NCBI GenBank assembly: GCA_964016885.1
Contig: OZ024755.1
Coordinates: forward strand, 36,518,001-36,582,000
Direction: 5' to 3'
From: Eledone cirrhosa
Taxonomy: Eukaryota
DNA length: 64,000 bases
Shown here one piece after another: positions 52,263 to 64,000 of this stretch (within the stretch, counting starts at the first letter, position 1; each line of letters starts with the position of its first letter). Position numbers and translations under genes: made by a program. The notes beneath the pieces are model-generated. The model did no database searches, had not been told where the DNA came from, and worked only from the letters and a program-made list of their open reading frames with translations.

Positions 52263-52455
52263 TAGTTGTTTCTACTTTTGGCACAAGGCCAGCAATTACG
52301 CCAGTGCATTAATGGTACTTTATTTTATCGACCCCGAAAGGATGAAAGGCAAAATTAACCTCGGCGGGATTTGAACTCAGACCGTAAAGAGCCGTAACTC
52401 TATGCTGCAAAGCATGGTGTCTGACGCTCTACCAATACTGCCAATCCACTGACAC
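52263..52455 (-). mobile_element. Family-A SINE with 14-bp target-site duplication
   Basis: tatcatgtccacaa at 52249-52262 and 52456-52469. Confidence 0.9.
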
Positions 52456-52479
52456 TATCATGTCCACAAGAGTGTCAGC

Positions 52480-52790
52480 TACAAAGCTTGGCTAGATGTG
52501 GTTCCACCCAACTGAACACATTGCTGTCCTTTCTCATTAAACTCTGCCAAGTCCAATGCTGTGTAGGAGTGTTCCAGCAGGAGGCATATCAGGAGGTGCT
52601 GTGTAGTCTGTGGTTCGATGACGCAGTCACACACAACATCCCCATCCTTTAAATATCCCCATTTTACAAGATTGATTTTTAGTCTGTTGAGGCATTTCCA
52701 CTCTGCATAGTTTTGTATCTGCTCCAGGGGAAAGTATCTCGCTCGCCTTTAGTTCCATTGTTGTTACTGATGGGAGGTTGTTAAGTTTTT
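52480..52790 (-). mobile_element. Vingi/Ingi-like LINE 3' end
   Basis: YAEWKCLNR..KINLVKWGYLKDGDVVCDCVIEPQTTQHLLIC, matching W..LNR...KWG...CxC...QT..HLL.C. Confidence 0.65.
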
Positions 52791-53064
52791 TTTTAAATAC
52801 ATCTGCTACAACAAACGCACATACGTTCAGTAAAAAAAAGAGTATTTTGCAAGCAGTACGTTTCATTGAAATTACCTGCGAAATTATTCAAAGCTACAGT
52901 GGAATCAATCTTACTGTATTCCTGTGAATAATGGTCAGTGACAATATAAGGATAAAGATCTCATAATTCCTTGTGAAGTCGGAGAGGCACGTCTACGGCA
53001 CTTTTAAACCTGGCAGAGCCCAATACTCTCCAGGTCTGAACACAGCCAATTTTTTCTATAGAGG

Positions 53065-53232
53065 AAGAATCGACCCCAGTAGTACTAGACTGGTACTTTT
53101 TTTATCGACCTCGAAAGGATGAAAAGCAAAGTTGACCCTGGCAGGATTTGAACTCACAGCGCGCAATGAGGTGGGATGAATACCATAAAGCATTCTATCT
53201 GACATCTTAACGACTCTGCCAATTCACCGCCT
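53065..53232 (-). mobile_element. Diverged family-A-related SINE
   Basis: Shared core and B box. Confidence 0.65.
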
Positions 53233-53589
53233 TTCGCCAAAGCTTTAGATGGTTGCTACACCCGCATGCTAAGAAAGATGAAAATCATCAAACCTCTCAA
53301 CCATATTATAAACAAAATTCTCTATATCAACCTCTTGCCCATTAGCCATACCATCCATATCAAGCATCTCCAATTTTCACGTCCTGTCAGGAGGGGCAAC
53401 GAACCCGCAACTTTTACTATGGGAGCCCACTAATGTTAAACACAAATGCGGAAGACCTCTAAAGACATTAAAGAGTCACTGAGGAAAATACAGAAGAATC
53501 CGGTGAAGAACTGAGGCAATTAATGTTAGATTGAGTTGGAAAGGTTTTATCATGTCACCACAAAGACGTGGATGAATTTAGTAGTTAGG

Positions 53590-54400
53590 AATAGGTTCCC
53601 TTTACAAATACCGCTCCATGTTTAACAGACACAGGGTGAAACTAGGATACTCCTGTACTAAGAATATGAAGGCCCACATCACCAACAGCCCTAAGAGCAA
53701 AACCCCACCAGCATGCTCTTGCCAAAAGCCTGAAGCTTGTTCCCTTCAACAACAATGCAACACACCCGCTGTAATTTACAAAGCTATGGTCACTTCTAAC
53801 CGACCAAATCAACAACAAGAGGTTAAATCCGATGTAGGCATGGCAAAGGGCCGGTTTAAGGAACGCTTCCTGAACCATAAGTCGACCTTCAGATACCCGG
53901 ATAAACGATCGTCCACAAAACTTGCAAGCCCCGTATGGTCCCTCAAGGACTCAGGCATAGACTACTCCATCCAATGGAAAGCTATTTCTAAGTCCAAGCA
54001 AGGGGAAATCCGTCTTGTGGACTGTGCATTGAAGAAAGGATTTATATCCTGAGAAGATTACATAATAACGATTGCCTAAATTCAAGAAATGAACTCGTTT
54101 CACGTTGTCCACACATCTGGAAACACCTATTACATAATTACAAAGCTCCAGATTGACTCACATCAACAATCTATAATATTCTGAATAACTTGAATAATTT
54201 ATTCCGGACATCCACAGTTATCTCCCTTACATCGATCTATCATGGGTTTACCTCACCCAGGAGTGACTGTTTCTGCGCACGCGTATTCATACGGTTGTTT
54301 TTCCTTTTCCATACAACTTCATTTAGACCGAGCTGAGGATCCAAATAAGGTGAAACATTTGTTCTCGGTATCGTGAACTAACTGTTGTGGAACTACTTCT
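53590..54400 (+). mobile_element. Penelope-like element 3' part: GIY-YIG endonuclease, 3'UTR and ribozyme terminus
   Basis: FNRHRVKLGYSCTKNM; CSCQKPEACSLQQQC; VIYKA..VG.AKGRFKERFLNH. After a frameshift CGLCIEER..LNSRNELVSRCPH, with the stop at 54156. Confidence 0.88.
54327..54369 (+). ncRNA. Minimal type I hammerhead ribozyme in the Penelope 3' terminus
   Basis: accgag CTGAGGA t cc aaataa gg t GAAA catttg TT ctcggt: perfect 6-bp stem I and a GUU site. Confidence 0.75.
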
Positions 54401-54449
54401 ATATATATATATATTATACACATACATTATATACATATTATATGTATTA

Positions 54450-54640
54450 AGGGCGGTGAATTGGCAGTATCGGTAGAGGGTCGGATGCCATGCTTTGACG
54501 CATAGAGTTACGGTCCTTGCCATTCTGAGTTCAAATCCCGCCGCGGTTAACTTTGCCTTTCATCCTTATGGGGTCGATAAAATAAAGTACCAGTAATACA
54601 CTGGGTAATTGCTGGCCTTGTGTCAAAAGTAGAAACAATT
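54450..54640 (+). mobile_element. Family-A SINE
   Basis: A/B boxes and core. Confidence 0.85.
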
Positions 54641-54646
54641 ATATAC

Positions 54647-54682
<36 letters not shown>

Positions 54683-54764
54683 CAGAGAGTGTAAACACAA
54701 AAAATATCCTAAAAAATATATAAAAAATATAGATTCCAAAAAATTCACTGTACTTACTATATGT

Positions 54765-54845
54765 GCCCTTACCGCAGTTTCAGATCCCAAACAAATAGAT
54801 AATCCACGTGGATTTCCATTGAGAAAGAGATCCTCGTCAGAAGGC
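54765..54845 (-). ncRNA. Type I hammerhead ribozyme with long stem II
   Basis: Reverse complement reads gcctt CTGACGA ggatctc...gggatct GAAA ctgcgg TA agggc. Confidence 0.72.
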
Positions 54846-55344
54846 TTTTCTCTCTCGGAGAATATAAAATTCCTGAGTTCAAATTACAAACTGGCGCCAT
54901 ACAAAACTGCCTCAGAATGAGAATAAATGAAACCGCGGTAAGGGCACATATAGTAAGTACAGTGAATTTTTTGGAATTTCTATTTTTTAAATATATTTTT
55001 TAGGATATTTTCTGTGTTTACACTCCCTGATTTTATATGTTCTGGCTTGTTAATTTATTAACTTGCCATTGAACCACACTAGCATACGGTCGGACTATAC
55101 TTATGTCCCTATGTGTATTAATTACGTGTAGGAACATATACCTTTAATATTATTCTCCCCAACGGTAGAGAAACCTTTGGTCGTATGAACGGCTGCTATT
55201 TTTAGCAGCACGGGATTGACCTGACCACCTTGCTTTCTGTCTTTGCACACGGTACTAGACAAAATTGTTTCATTCTGAGGCAGTTTTGTATGGCGCCAGT
55301 TTGTAATTTGAACTCGGGAATTTTATATTCTCCAAGAGAGAAAA

Positions 55345-55425
55345 GCCTTCTGACGAAGATCTCTTTCTCAATGGAAATCCGCTTGGATTATCTATTTGTT
55401 TGGGATCTGAAACCGTGGTAAGGGC
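55345..55425 (+). ncRNA. Type I hammerhead ribozyme with long stem II
   Basis: gcctt CTGACGA agatctc [38 nt incl. aatcc/ggatt hairpin] gggatct GAAA ccgtgg TA agggc, GUA site. Confidence 0.8.
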
Positions 55426-55620
55426 ACATATAGTAAGTACAGTGAATTTTTTGGAATCTCTATTTTTTAATATATTTTTTAGGATATTTTCTGTGTTTAC
55501 ACTCCCTGATTTTATATGTTCTGGCTTGTTAATTTATTAACTTGCCATTGAACCACACTAGCATATGGTCGGACTATACTTATGTCTCTATATGTATTAA
55601 TTACATGTAGGAACATATAC

Positions 55621-55679
<59 letters not shown>

Positions 55680-56138
55680 TACACATATCTACATATATTT
55701 TATACATTATATATATATATATATACACATATATATATTATATACATGCACATATCTATACACATATACACACACTTGAAGTTACTACATTACCTCTGTA
55801 ACAAGCTATAGTAGACACCCTCTGTTGCACACAGCTACATACAAAGAATTAAGCAAAGCTTTCATCAATGGTGGAAATAAGAATAAATTAGTAAATTGCA
55901 GAAGAAATCAAATCAAAACCAAATGAAAGAACTAGAACAAAGGCACACAATAAAGATATACAAATAATCCATTATGAAAACCACTCTAGCTCAGATATTA
56001 AAACTAATCGAAAGAGTTATTAAACAAAGCACCAAACCATTTGTAACTTCAGAAATTTTATTATATATTTTCTATGAAGATATTATGTCCACAGAAATAC
56101 TGATTAAAATATCAAGAGTTCTAAATCTATCACTGGTA

Positions 56139-59100
56139 TACAGTAGTCCCTTCATATTTGTGGGAGACTACTGTATGTGATATACAGTAGTCCCCTGGTA
56201 TTGTGGGGCACTACTGTATGTGATATATATGTACAGTAGTCCCCTAGTATTGTGGGGCACTACTGTATGTGATATACAGTAGTCCCCTGGTATTGTGGGG
56301 CACTACTGTATGTGATATACAGTAGTCCCCTAGTATTGTGGGGCACTACTGTATGTGATATATATGTACAGTAGTCCCCTAGTATTGTGGGGCACTACTG
56401 TATGTGATATACAGTAGTCCCCTAGTATTGTGGGAGACTACTGTATGTGATATACAGTAGTCCCCTGGTATTGTGGGGCACTACTGTATGTGATATACAG
56501 TAGTCCCCTAGTATTGTGGGGCACTACTGTATGTGATATACAGTAGTCCCCTGGTATTGTGGGGCACTACTGTATGTGATATACAGTAGTCCCCTGGTAT
56601 TGTGGGGCACTACTGTATGTGATATACAGTAGTCCCCTAGTATTGTGGGGCACTACTGTATGTGATATACAGTAGTCCCCTGGTATTGTGGGGCACTACT
56701 GTATGTGATATACAGTAGTCCCCTAGTATTGTGGGGCACTACTGTATGTGATATACAGTAGTCCCCTAGTATTGTGGGGCACTACTGTATGTGATATACA
56801 GTAGTCCCCTAGTATTGTGGGGCACTACTGTATGTGATATACAGTAGTCCCCTGGTATTGTGGGGCACTACTGTATGTGATATACAGTAGTCCCCTGGTA
56901 TTGTGGGGCACTACTGTATGTGATATATATGTACAGTAGTCCCCTAGTATTGTGGGGCACTACTGTATGTGATATACAGTAGTCCCCTGGTATTGTGGGG
57001 CACTACTGTATGTGATATACAGTAGTCCCCTAGTATTGTGGGGCACTACTGTATGTGATATATATGTACAGTAGTCCCCTAGTATTGTGGGGCACTACTG
57101 TATGTGATATACAGTAGTCCCCTAGTATTGTGGGGCACTACTGTATGTGATATACAGTAGTCCCCTGGTATTGTGGGGCACTACTGTATGTGATATACAG
57201 TAGTCCCCTAGTATTGTGGGGCACTACTGTATGTGATATATATGTACAGTAGTCCCCTAGTATTGTGGGGCACTACTGTATGTGATATACAGTAGTCCCC
57301 TGGTATTGTGGGGCACTACTGTATGTGATATACAGTAGTCCCCTAGTATTGTGGGGCACTACTGTATGTGATATATATGTACAGTAGTCCCCTAGTATTG
57401 TGGGGCACTACTGTATGTGATATACAGTAGTCCCCTAGTATTGTGGGAGACTACTGTATGTGATATACAGTAGTCCCCTGGTATTGTGGGGCACTACTGT
57501 ATGTGATATACAGTAGTCCCCTAGTATTGTGGGGCACTACTGTATGTGATATACAGTAGTCCCCTAGTATTGTGGGGCACTACTGTATGTGATATATATG
57601 TACAGTAGTCCCCTAGTATTGTGGGGCACTACTGTATGTGATATACAGTAGTCCCCTAGTATTGTGGGAGACTACTGTATGTGATATACAGTAGTCCCCT
57701 GGTATTGTGGGGCACTACTGTATGTGATATACAGTAGTCCCCTAGTATTGTGGGAGACTACTGTATGTGATATACAGTAGTCCCCTGGTATTGTGGGGCA
57801 CTACTGTATGTGATATACAGTAGTCCCCTAGTATTGTGGGAGACTACTGTATGTGATATACAGTAGTCCCCTGGTATTGTGGGGCACTACTGTATGTGAT
57901 ATACAGTAGTCCCCTAGTATTGTGGGACACTACTGTATGTGATATACAGTAGTCCCCTGGTATTGTGGGGCACTACTGTATGTGATATACAGTAGTCCCC
58001 TAGTATTGTGGGGCACTACTGTATGTGATATATATGTACAGTAGTCCCCTAGTATTGTGGGGCACTACTGTATGTGATATACAGTAGTCCCCTAGTATTG
58101 TGGGGCACTACTGTATGTGATATACAGTAGTCCCCTGGTATTGTGGGGCACTACTGTATGTGATATACAGTAGTCCCCTAGTATTGTGGGGCACTACTGT
58201 ATGTGATATATATGTACAGTAGTCCCCTAGTATTGTGGGGCACTACTGTATGTGATATACAGTAGTCCCCTAGTATTGTGGGGCACTACTGTATGTGATA
58301 TACAGTAGTCCCCTGGTATTGTGGGGCACTACTGTATGTGATATACAGTAGTCCCCTAGTATTGTGGGGCACTACTGTATGTGATATATATGTACAGTAG
58401 TTCCCTAGTATTGTGGGGCACTACTGTATGTGATATACAGTAGTCCCCTAGTATTGTGGGGCACTACTGTATGTGATATACAGTAGTCCCCTGGTATTGT
58501 GGGGCACTACTGTATGTGATATACAGTAGTCCCCTAGTATTGTGGGGCACTACTGTATGTGATATATATGTACAGTAGTCCCCTAGTGTTGTGGGGCACT
58601 ACTGTATGTGATATACAGTAGTCCCCTAGTATTGTGGGGCACTAATGTATGTGATATACAGTAGTCCCCTGGTATTGTGGGGCACTACTGTATGTGATAT
58701 ACAGTAGTCCCCTAGTATTGTGGGGCACTACTGTATGTGATATATATGTACAGTAGTCCCCTAGTATTGTGGGGCACTACTGTATGTGATATACAGTAGT
58801 CCCCTAGTATTGTGGGGCACTACTGTATGTGATATACAGTAGTCCCCTGGTATTGTGGGGCACTACTGTATGTGATATACAGTAGTCCCCTAGTATTGTG
58901 GGGCACTACTGTATGTGATATATATGTACAGTAGTCCCCTAGTATTGTGGGGCACTACTGTATGTGATATACAGTAGTCCCCTAGTATTGTGGGGCACTA
59001 CTGTATGTGATATACAGTAGTCCCCTAGTATTGTGGGGCACTACTGTATGTGATATACAGTAGTCCCCTAGTATTGTGGGGCACTACTGTATGTGATATA

Positions 59101-60211
59101 CAGTAGTCCCCTAGTATTGTGGGGCACTACTGTATGTGATATACAGTAGTCCCCTAGTATTGTGGGGCACTACTGTATGTGATATACAGTAGTCCCCTAG
59201 TATTGTGGGGCACTACTGTATGTGATATACAGTAGTCCCCTAGTATTGTGGGGCACTACTGTATGTGATATACAGTAGTCCCCTAGTATTGTGGGGCACT
59301 ACTGTATGTGATATACAGTAGTCCCCTAGTATTGTGGGGCACTACTGTATGTGATATACAGTAGTCCCCTAGTATTGTGGGGCACTACTGTATGTGATAT
59401 ACAGTAGTCCCCTAGTATTGTGGGGCACTACTGTATGTGATATACAGTAGTCCCCTAGTATTGTGGGGCACTACTGTATGTGATATACAGTAGTCCCCTA
59501 GTATTGTGGGGCACTACTGTATGTGATATACAGTAGTCCCCTAGTATTGTGGGGCACTACTGTATGTGATATACATATACAGTAGTCCCCTAGTATTGTG
59601 GGGCACTACTGTATGTGATATACAGTAGTCCCCTAGTATTGTGGGGCACTACTGTATGTGATATACATATACAGTAGTCCCCTAGTATTGTGGGGCACTA
59701 CTGTATGTGATATACAGTAGTCCCCTGGTATTGTGGGGCACTACTGTATGTGATATACATATACAGTAGTCCCCTAGTATTGTGGGGCACTACTGTATGT
59801 GATATACAGTAGTCCCCTAGTATTGTGGGAGACTACTGTATGTGATATACAGTAGTCCCCTAGTATTGTGGGGCACTACTGTATGTGATATACAGTAGTC
59901 CCCTAGTATTGTGGGAGACTACTGTATGTGATATACAGTAGTCCCCTAGTATTGTGGGGCACTACTGTATGTGATATACAGTAGTCCCCTAGTATTGTGG
60001 GGCACTACTGTATGTGATATACAGTAGTCCCCTAGTATTGTGGGGCACTACTGTATGTGATATACATGTACAGTAGTCCCCTAGTATTGTGGGGCACTAC
60101 TGTATGTGATATACAGTAGTCCCCTAGTATTGTGGGGCACTACTGTATGTGATATACATGTACACTAGTCCCCTGGTAGTGTGGGGCACTACTGTATGTG
60201 ATATACATGTA
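56139..60211. repeat. 43-bp (51-bp variant) hairpin satellite, ~90 copies
   Basis: Unit TA-CAGTAGTCCCC-tagtattgt-GGGG(C)ACTACTG-TA-tgtgata. Confidence 0.97.
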
Positions 60212-60903
60212 CAGTAGTGAGCCGGTATTCGCAGGGCTTATGTTCCTAGAGCACCAGTGAAGAGTGAAAACTGCAAATATTTGATGTGGTCCATAAAAAT
60301 GCCTATAAACGTCAAAATATAACGTAAAATATAATAGAGAAAGAGGGAGCATCTTATGCAAAGGGGGCATTCAATAGGCCAGCAAATATGGTATCATCAT
60401 CATCATCATTTTATGTCCGCTTTTCCCTGCTTGCAAGGGTGGGACGGGTCCTCTTCAGCACAGCATCTCTCCACTTGTCACGGTCCTGCGTCATCTCCTC
60501 CGTGAGCTTCAGCGATCTGGGGTTTGCTCTCACCACCTCCGCCCAAGTTTTTTGTGGTCTTCCTCTACTATGTCTTCCTTCCACTGGGATTTCTTGGCAC
60601 TTCTTTACCCAGCAGTCATCCTCCATGCACATCACATGTCCACACCGTCTCAGTCTTGCCTCACTACCATGCAGCATCGCGCATCTCATACAGGCATCAT
60701 ATAACCGGTATATTGTTGTTAATTTGGCATTAAAAAAATATATATTGCCACGAAAAAAGACATTAAAAAAAATCAGGGGAGATATTTACGACTCTGCAAA
60801 TATGAGGTGGTTTCCACAAACAATTATTAGTTAAGTTCTAAGGGAAATTCCATGAATAACTGGGACCACGAATGTCAGGACCACAAATAACAGGGGTACA
60901 CTG
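60212..60903. mobile_element. Tigger/pogo-like MITE with a nested RTE 3' end (60393-60700, minus)
   Basis: Starts ta|cagtagtgagccggtattcgcaggg..gttcc and ends accacaaataacaggggtacactg. Confidence 0.6.
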
Positions 60904-60952
60904 AACATTGAAACTAAAATATTGTTTTTCCTAAAGTAGTAATTCCAATAAT

Positions 60953-61137
60953 TGTTTCTACTTTTTGGCACAAGGCCAGCAATTATCCCAGTACATTACT
61001 GGTGCTTTATTTTATCGACCCCGTAAGGATGAAAGGCAAAGTGAACCTCGGCGGGAATTGAACTCAGATCGTAAAGGGAATTAACTATGCTGGAAAGCAT
61101 AATCCAACCCTCTACCGATACTGCCAATTCACCGCCC
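60953..61137 (-). mobile_element. Family-A SINE with 15-bp target-site duplication
   Basis: agtaattccaataat at 60938-60952 and 61138-61152. Confidence 0.9.
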
Positions 61138-61639
61138 AGTAATTCCAATAATGATGAGGCATTCCATTGGTTACAATGAGTATTCCAGTTGATCCAATCA
61201 ATGGAACAGCCTGCTCATGAAATTAACATGTCAGTGGCTGAGCATTCCACAGATATGCATACACTTAACGTAGTTCTCAGTGAGATTCAGTGTGACACAG
61301 AATGTGACAAGGCTGGCCCTTCAAATTATTGGTACAACTCATTTTTGCCAGCTGAGTGGACCGGAGCAACGTGAAATAAAGTGTCTTGCTCAAGGACACC
61401 ACACGCAACCGGGAATCAAACTCACAACCTTACAATTGTTAGCAGAATATCCTAATCGCAAAGCCATGCGCCTTCACAGTTAGAATAATAATTTTCCATT
61501 ATACGTACACACAATAATTAAATATTTCTACTTGAACATACATAGCTTAGTGGTTATAGTGCTCGGCTTATGATCATAAGGATATGTGTGCTGTGTCCTT
61601 GAGCAAGACACTTTATTTCCCAGAGGGCACCTGTGCCCT

Positions 61640-62780
61640 ATTCTCATTTCTACATACTAGAACTTTAGTCTTAGACAAGTTAACTTTAAGGCCTTTTGAT
61701 TCTAGGCCATGCTTCCATATTTGGAATTTCTTCTCTAGTTCAGCCATAGATTCAGGTATAGATCATCTGCATATAGAAGTTCCTATGGGCAGCCAGTCTT
61801 AAACTCTTCTGTTATAGCATATAAGGCAATAATAAACAGGAGGAGGCTAAGGACGGAACCTTGGTGAACACCTACTTTTACGCTAAATTCTTCACTATAT
61901 TCATTAATTCTAACCTTGCTGATTGTTCCTCTATACATGGCTTGTAGAGATCTCACAAGCCACTCATCTACTCCTAGTTTTCTAAGAGCCCACCAGATAA
62001 TGGAGCAAGGTACTCTGTCAAAGGCTTTCTCCAAGTAAACAAAAGCTAAGTAGAGGGGTTTACCTTTAGCTAAGTACTTCTCTCATAGTTATCATACAAG
62101 GAAGAGAGCATCTATGGTACTTTTACCTGGCACAAACATAAACTCTAATCAGTGGTGCAAGAACTCTTTCTGTGACCTTCATGACCTGGTTAACTAACTT
62201 AATGCCTCTATAGTTTTCTATATCTAGAGCATCTCCTTTGCCCTTGCAGTAGTTAACTATGATGTTGCTATGCCAGTCCTTTGGTATGACCCTATTCTGC
62301 ATTACTTGGTCTACTATCCGGGTGACCATAGTCTGTCCCTCTGTTAGCTCAATTTGGGGCACAATATCTTCATCCCATTATTCTCCTCATTTAGTAGTTT
62401 CTTGTAGTGACACTTCCAAGCTACCTTCTGATCACTATCAGCAAGGGCAAGTATACCATCATCATTACGGACACACTTCTCCCCAACAATATCACAATTT
62501 TCCTTGACACATTGTCTTACAATCCTGAACACCTCACGCTTTTGGTCCTCGCGTTGTAGAACATGCTTGAACTTTCTATCCTCTGCTTCCTTTCTTGCAA
62601 AGTACACTGTCGCCTAGCTTCTCTCCTAGCCACCTAATAGTGTTCTCTACTTCCCCCCATTCTTTCCAAGCCGGCTTTTTGGCCTTGATTGTCTCCTCCA
62701 CTTTACTGTTCCACTACCAAGTTACTCCCCTCCTGCCTAAAGGTCTGCTCCAGCCACAGATTTCATATGTTGCCTTCAGC
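61640..62780 (-). mobile_element. RTE LINE RT fragment (decayed)
   Basis: KGKGDALDIENYRGIKL; EKAFDRVP..IWWALRKLGV; GVHQGSVLS.LLF. Confidence 0.9.
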
Positions 62781-62789
62781 AGGTTAACT

Positions 62790-63300
62790 TCCCTAAACAG
62801 CACAGGTACCGCACCATTTTCAGCAGGCACACAATTGAATTGTCCAACTCCACAACTGCATCTTCCTCCAATAGGAACACTATGAACTGACTGCGACCAC
62901 GGAAACATAAAGTACAGTCCAGGCAGCAACACCTCCTCGAATTGTAGAAGCCTCGGTAACTGCTCCTTGGAAGGCAAATGCCTTGGCAGTAGCTTAGTCT
63001 ATGAATGTAGGGTGAGTACCAATAACCAAACCTTCACCTATATTGGAGCTACAGCTAATAAATTTAAAGAACGCTGGTACAACCACTGCCACACCTCTAG
63101 GAGAATGGATAAGAAAAACAGCTCTGCCCTCTCTGAACTGGTGTGGCTGCTCAAGCATGACTCGTGCAATCTATGTCGCCAAGATTATGGAGATAATCGA
63201 GAGGAGAACGCAGATTATCAATAAGAGGAGTAACCTGTTCAGCACCTACCACCACAGATCAACTGGAACTTTCCTCAGACTGTATGGAATAGCAGCGTAG
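62790..63300 (+). mobile_element. Penelope-like GIY-YIG fragment
   Basis: HRYRTIFSRHTIELS; NCRSLGNCSLEGKC; LVYECRV..YIGATANKFKERWYNH; CNLC..INKRSNLFS. Confidence 0.8.
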
Positions 63301-63774
63301 TTGTACTGGTTCACGTCCAGTACAAAGCTTGACCATGGGAACTGGACATGGCCACACAACGACCCCAGCATCAGGTGAATCCTGGATAACCTGTGTCCCC
63401 CTCTACCACCCCTCTATCACCATTCTGTTATGCACGTATAGGATTTTATACTCGCGACATGAGGGTCTATGTTTTATATCCCTTTGTTCCTTGTTCTCCG
63501 TATGTATACCTACTTTTGTATTTATGTATATTCTTTGTTCCTATGTTCTCCATGTGTACCTGAATTTATATCTACATACCAATATGTATGTTGTTGTCCT
63601 TATATTCACTTCCTGCAGCTCACTTCTAGTGGTTGTTACTATTGTTATTATTAATACCAATGTAGTTACAACTGACTACTATTGTGGTAACTAATTATTA
63701 TTTTGCACTGAGATTATTGCTGGCCTTGTGCCAAAGGGTAGAAGCGATAATTATTATTATTATTATTTTAGTAA

Positions 63775-63965
63775 CGGCGTGAATTGGCAGTATCGGTAGA
63801 GGGTCGGACGCCATGCTTTGACGCATAGAGTTACGGCCCTTGCCATTCTGAGTTCAAATCCCGCCGAGGTTAACTTTACCTTTCATCCTTACGGGGGTCG
63901 ATAATATAAAGTACCAGTAATGCACCGGAGTAATTGCTGGCCTTGTACCAAAAGTAGAAACAATT
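63775..63965 (+). mobile_element. Family-A SINE
   Basis: A/B boxes and core. Confidence 0.85.
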
Positions 63966-64000
63966 ATTATTATTTTAGTACTATTATTACTGTACCAGTA

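Larger units (their letters stand above)
54678..55625. mobile_element. Non-coding Penelope-terminal/retrozyme-like element: inverted partial copy plus partial tandem, between (TA)n tracts
   Basis: 54678-54920 is the reverse complement of ~55270-55513. 54929-55145 is repeated at 55409-55625 (480-bp period). Confidence 0.8.

Noticed and set aside
56139-60211. CRISPR-like palindromic repeat array
   Set aside because: No unique spacers, no cas genes, and a eukaryotic context.

Overview
Eukaryotic, AT-rich, repeat-dominated DNA. The SINE/LINE repertoire looks cephalopod (octopus-like); this is an inference from recall, not a database match. I could find only one host exon: a 101-bp minus-strand exon (24606-24706) of a Greatwall/MASTL-type kinase, so the window is probably mostly giant introns. 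The rest is RTE LINE fragments, tRNA-derived SINEs, three Penelope-like (GIY-YIG) fragments, CR1-, R4/Dong- and Vingi-like remnants, a DD37D maT element, a decayed mariner, piggyBac- and Tigger-like MITEs, and large minisatellites, most of which are traceable to a specific transposon segment. The most interesting signal is a set of type I hammerhead ribozymes with short, mostly palindromic stem III. They sit in non-coding fold-back or tandem Penelope-terminal or retrozyme-like elements next to (TA)n or (AC)n tracts, and include a recurrent U-U stem II base variant and a 480-nt ribozyme-delimited unit. The long ORFs in the ORF track are satellite artefacts.
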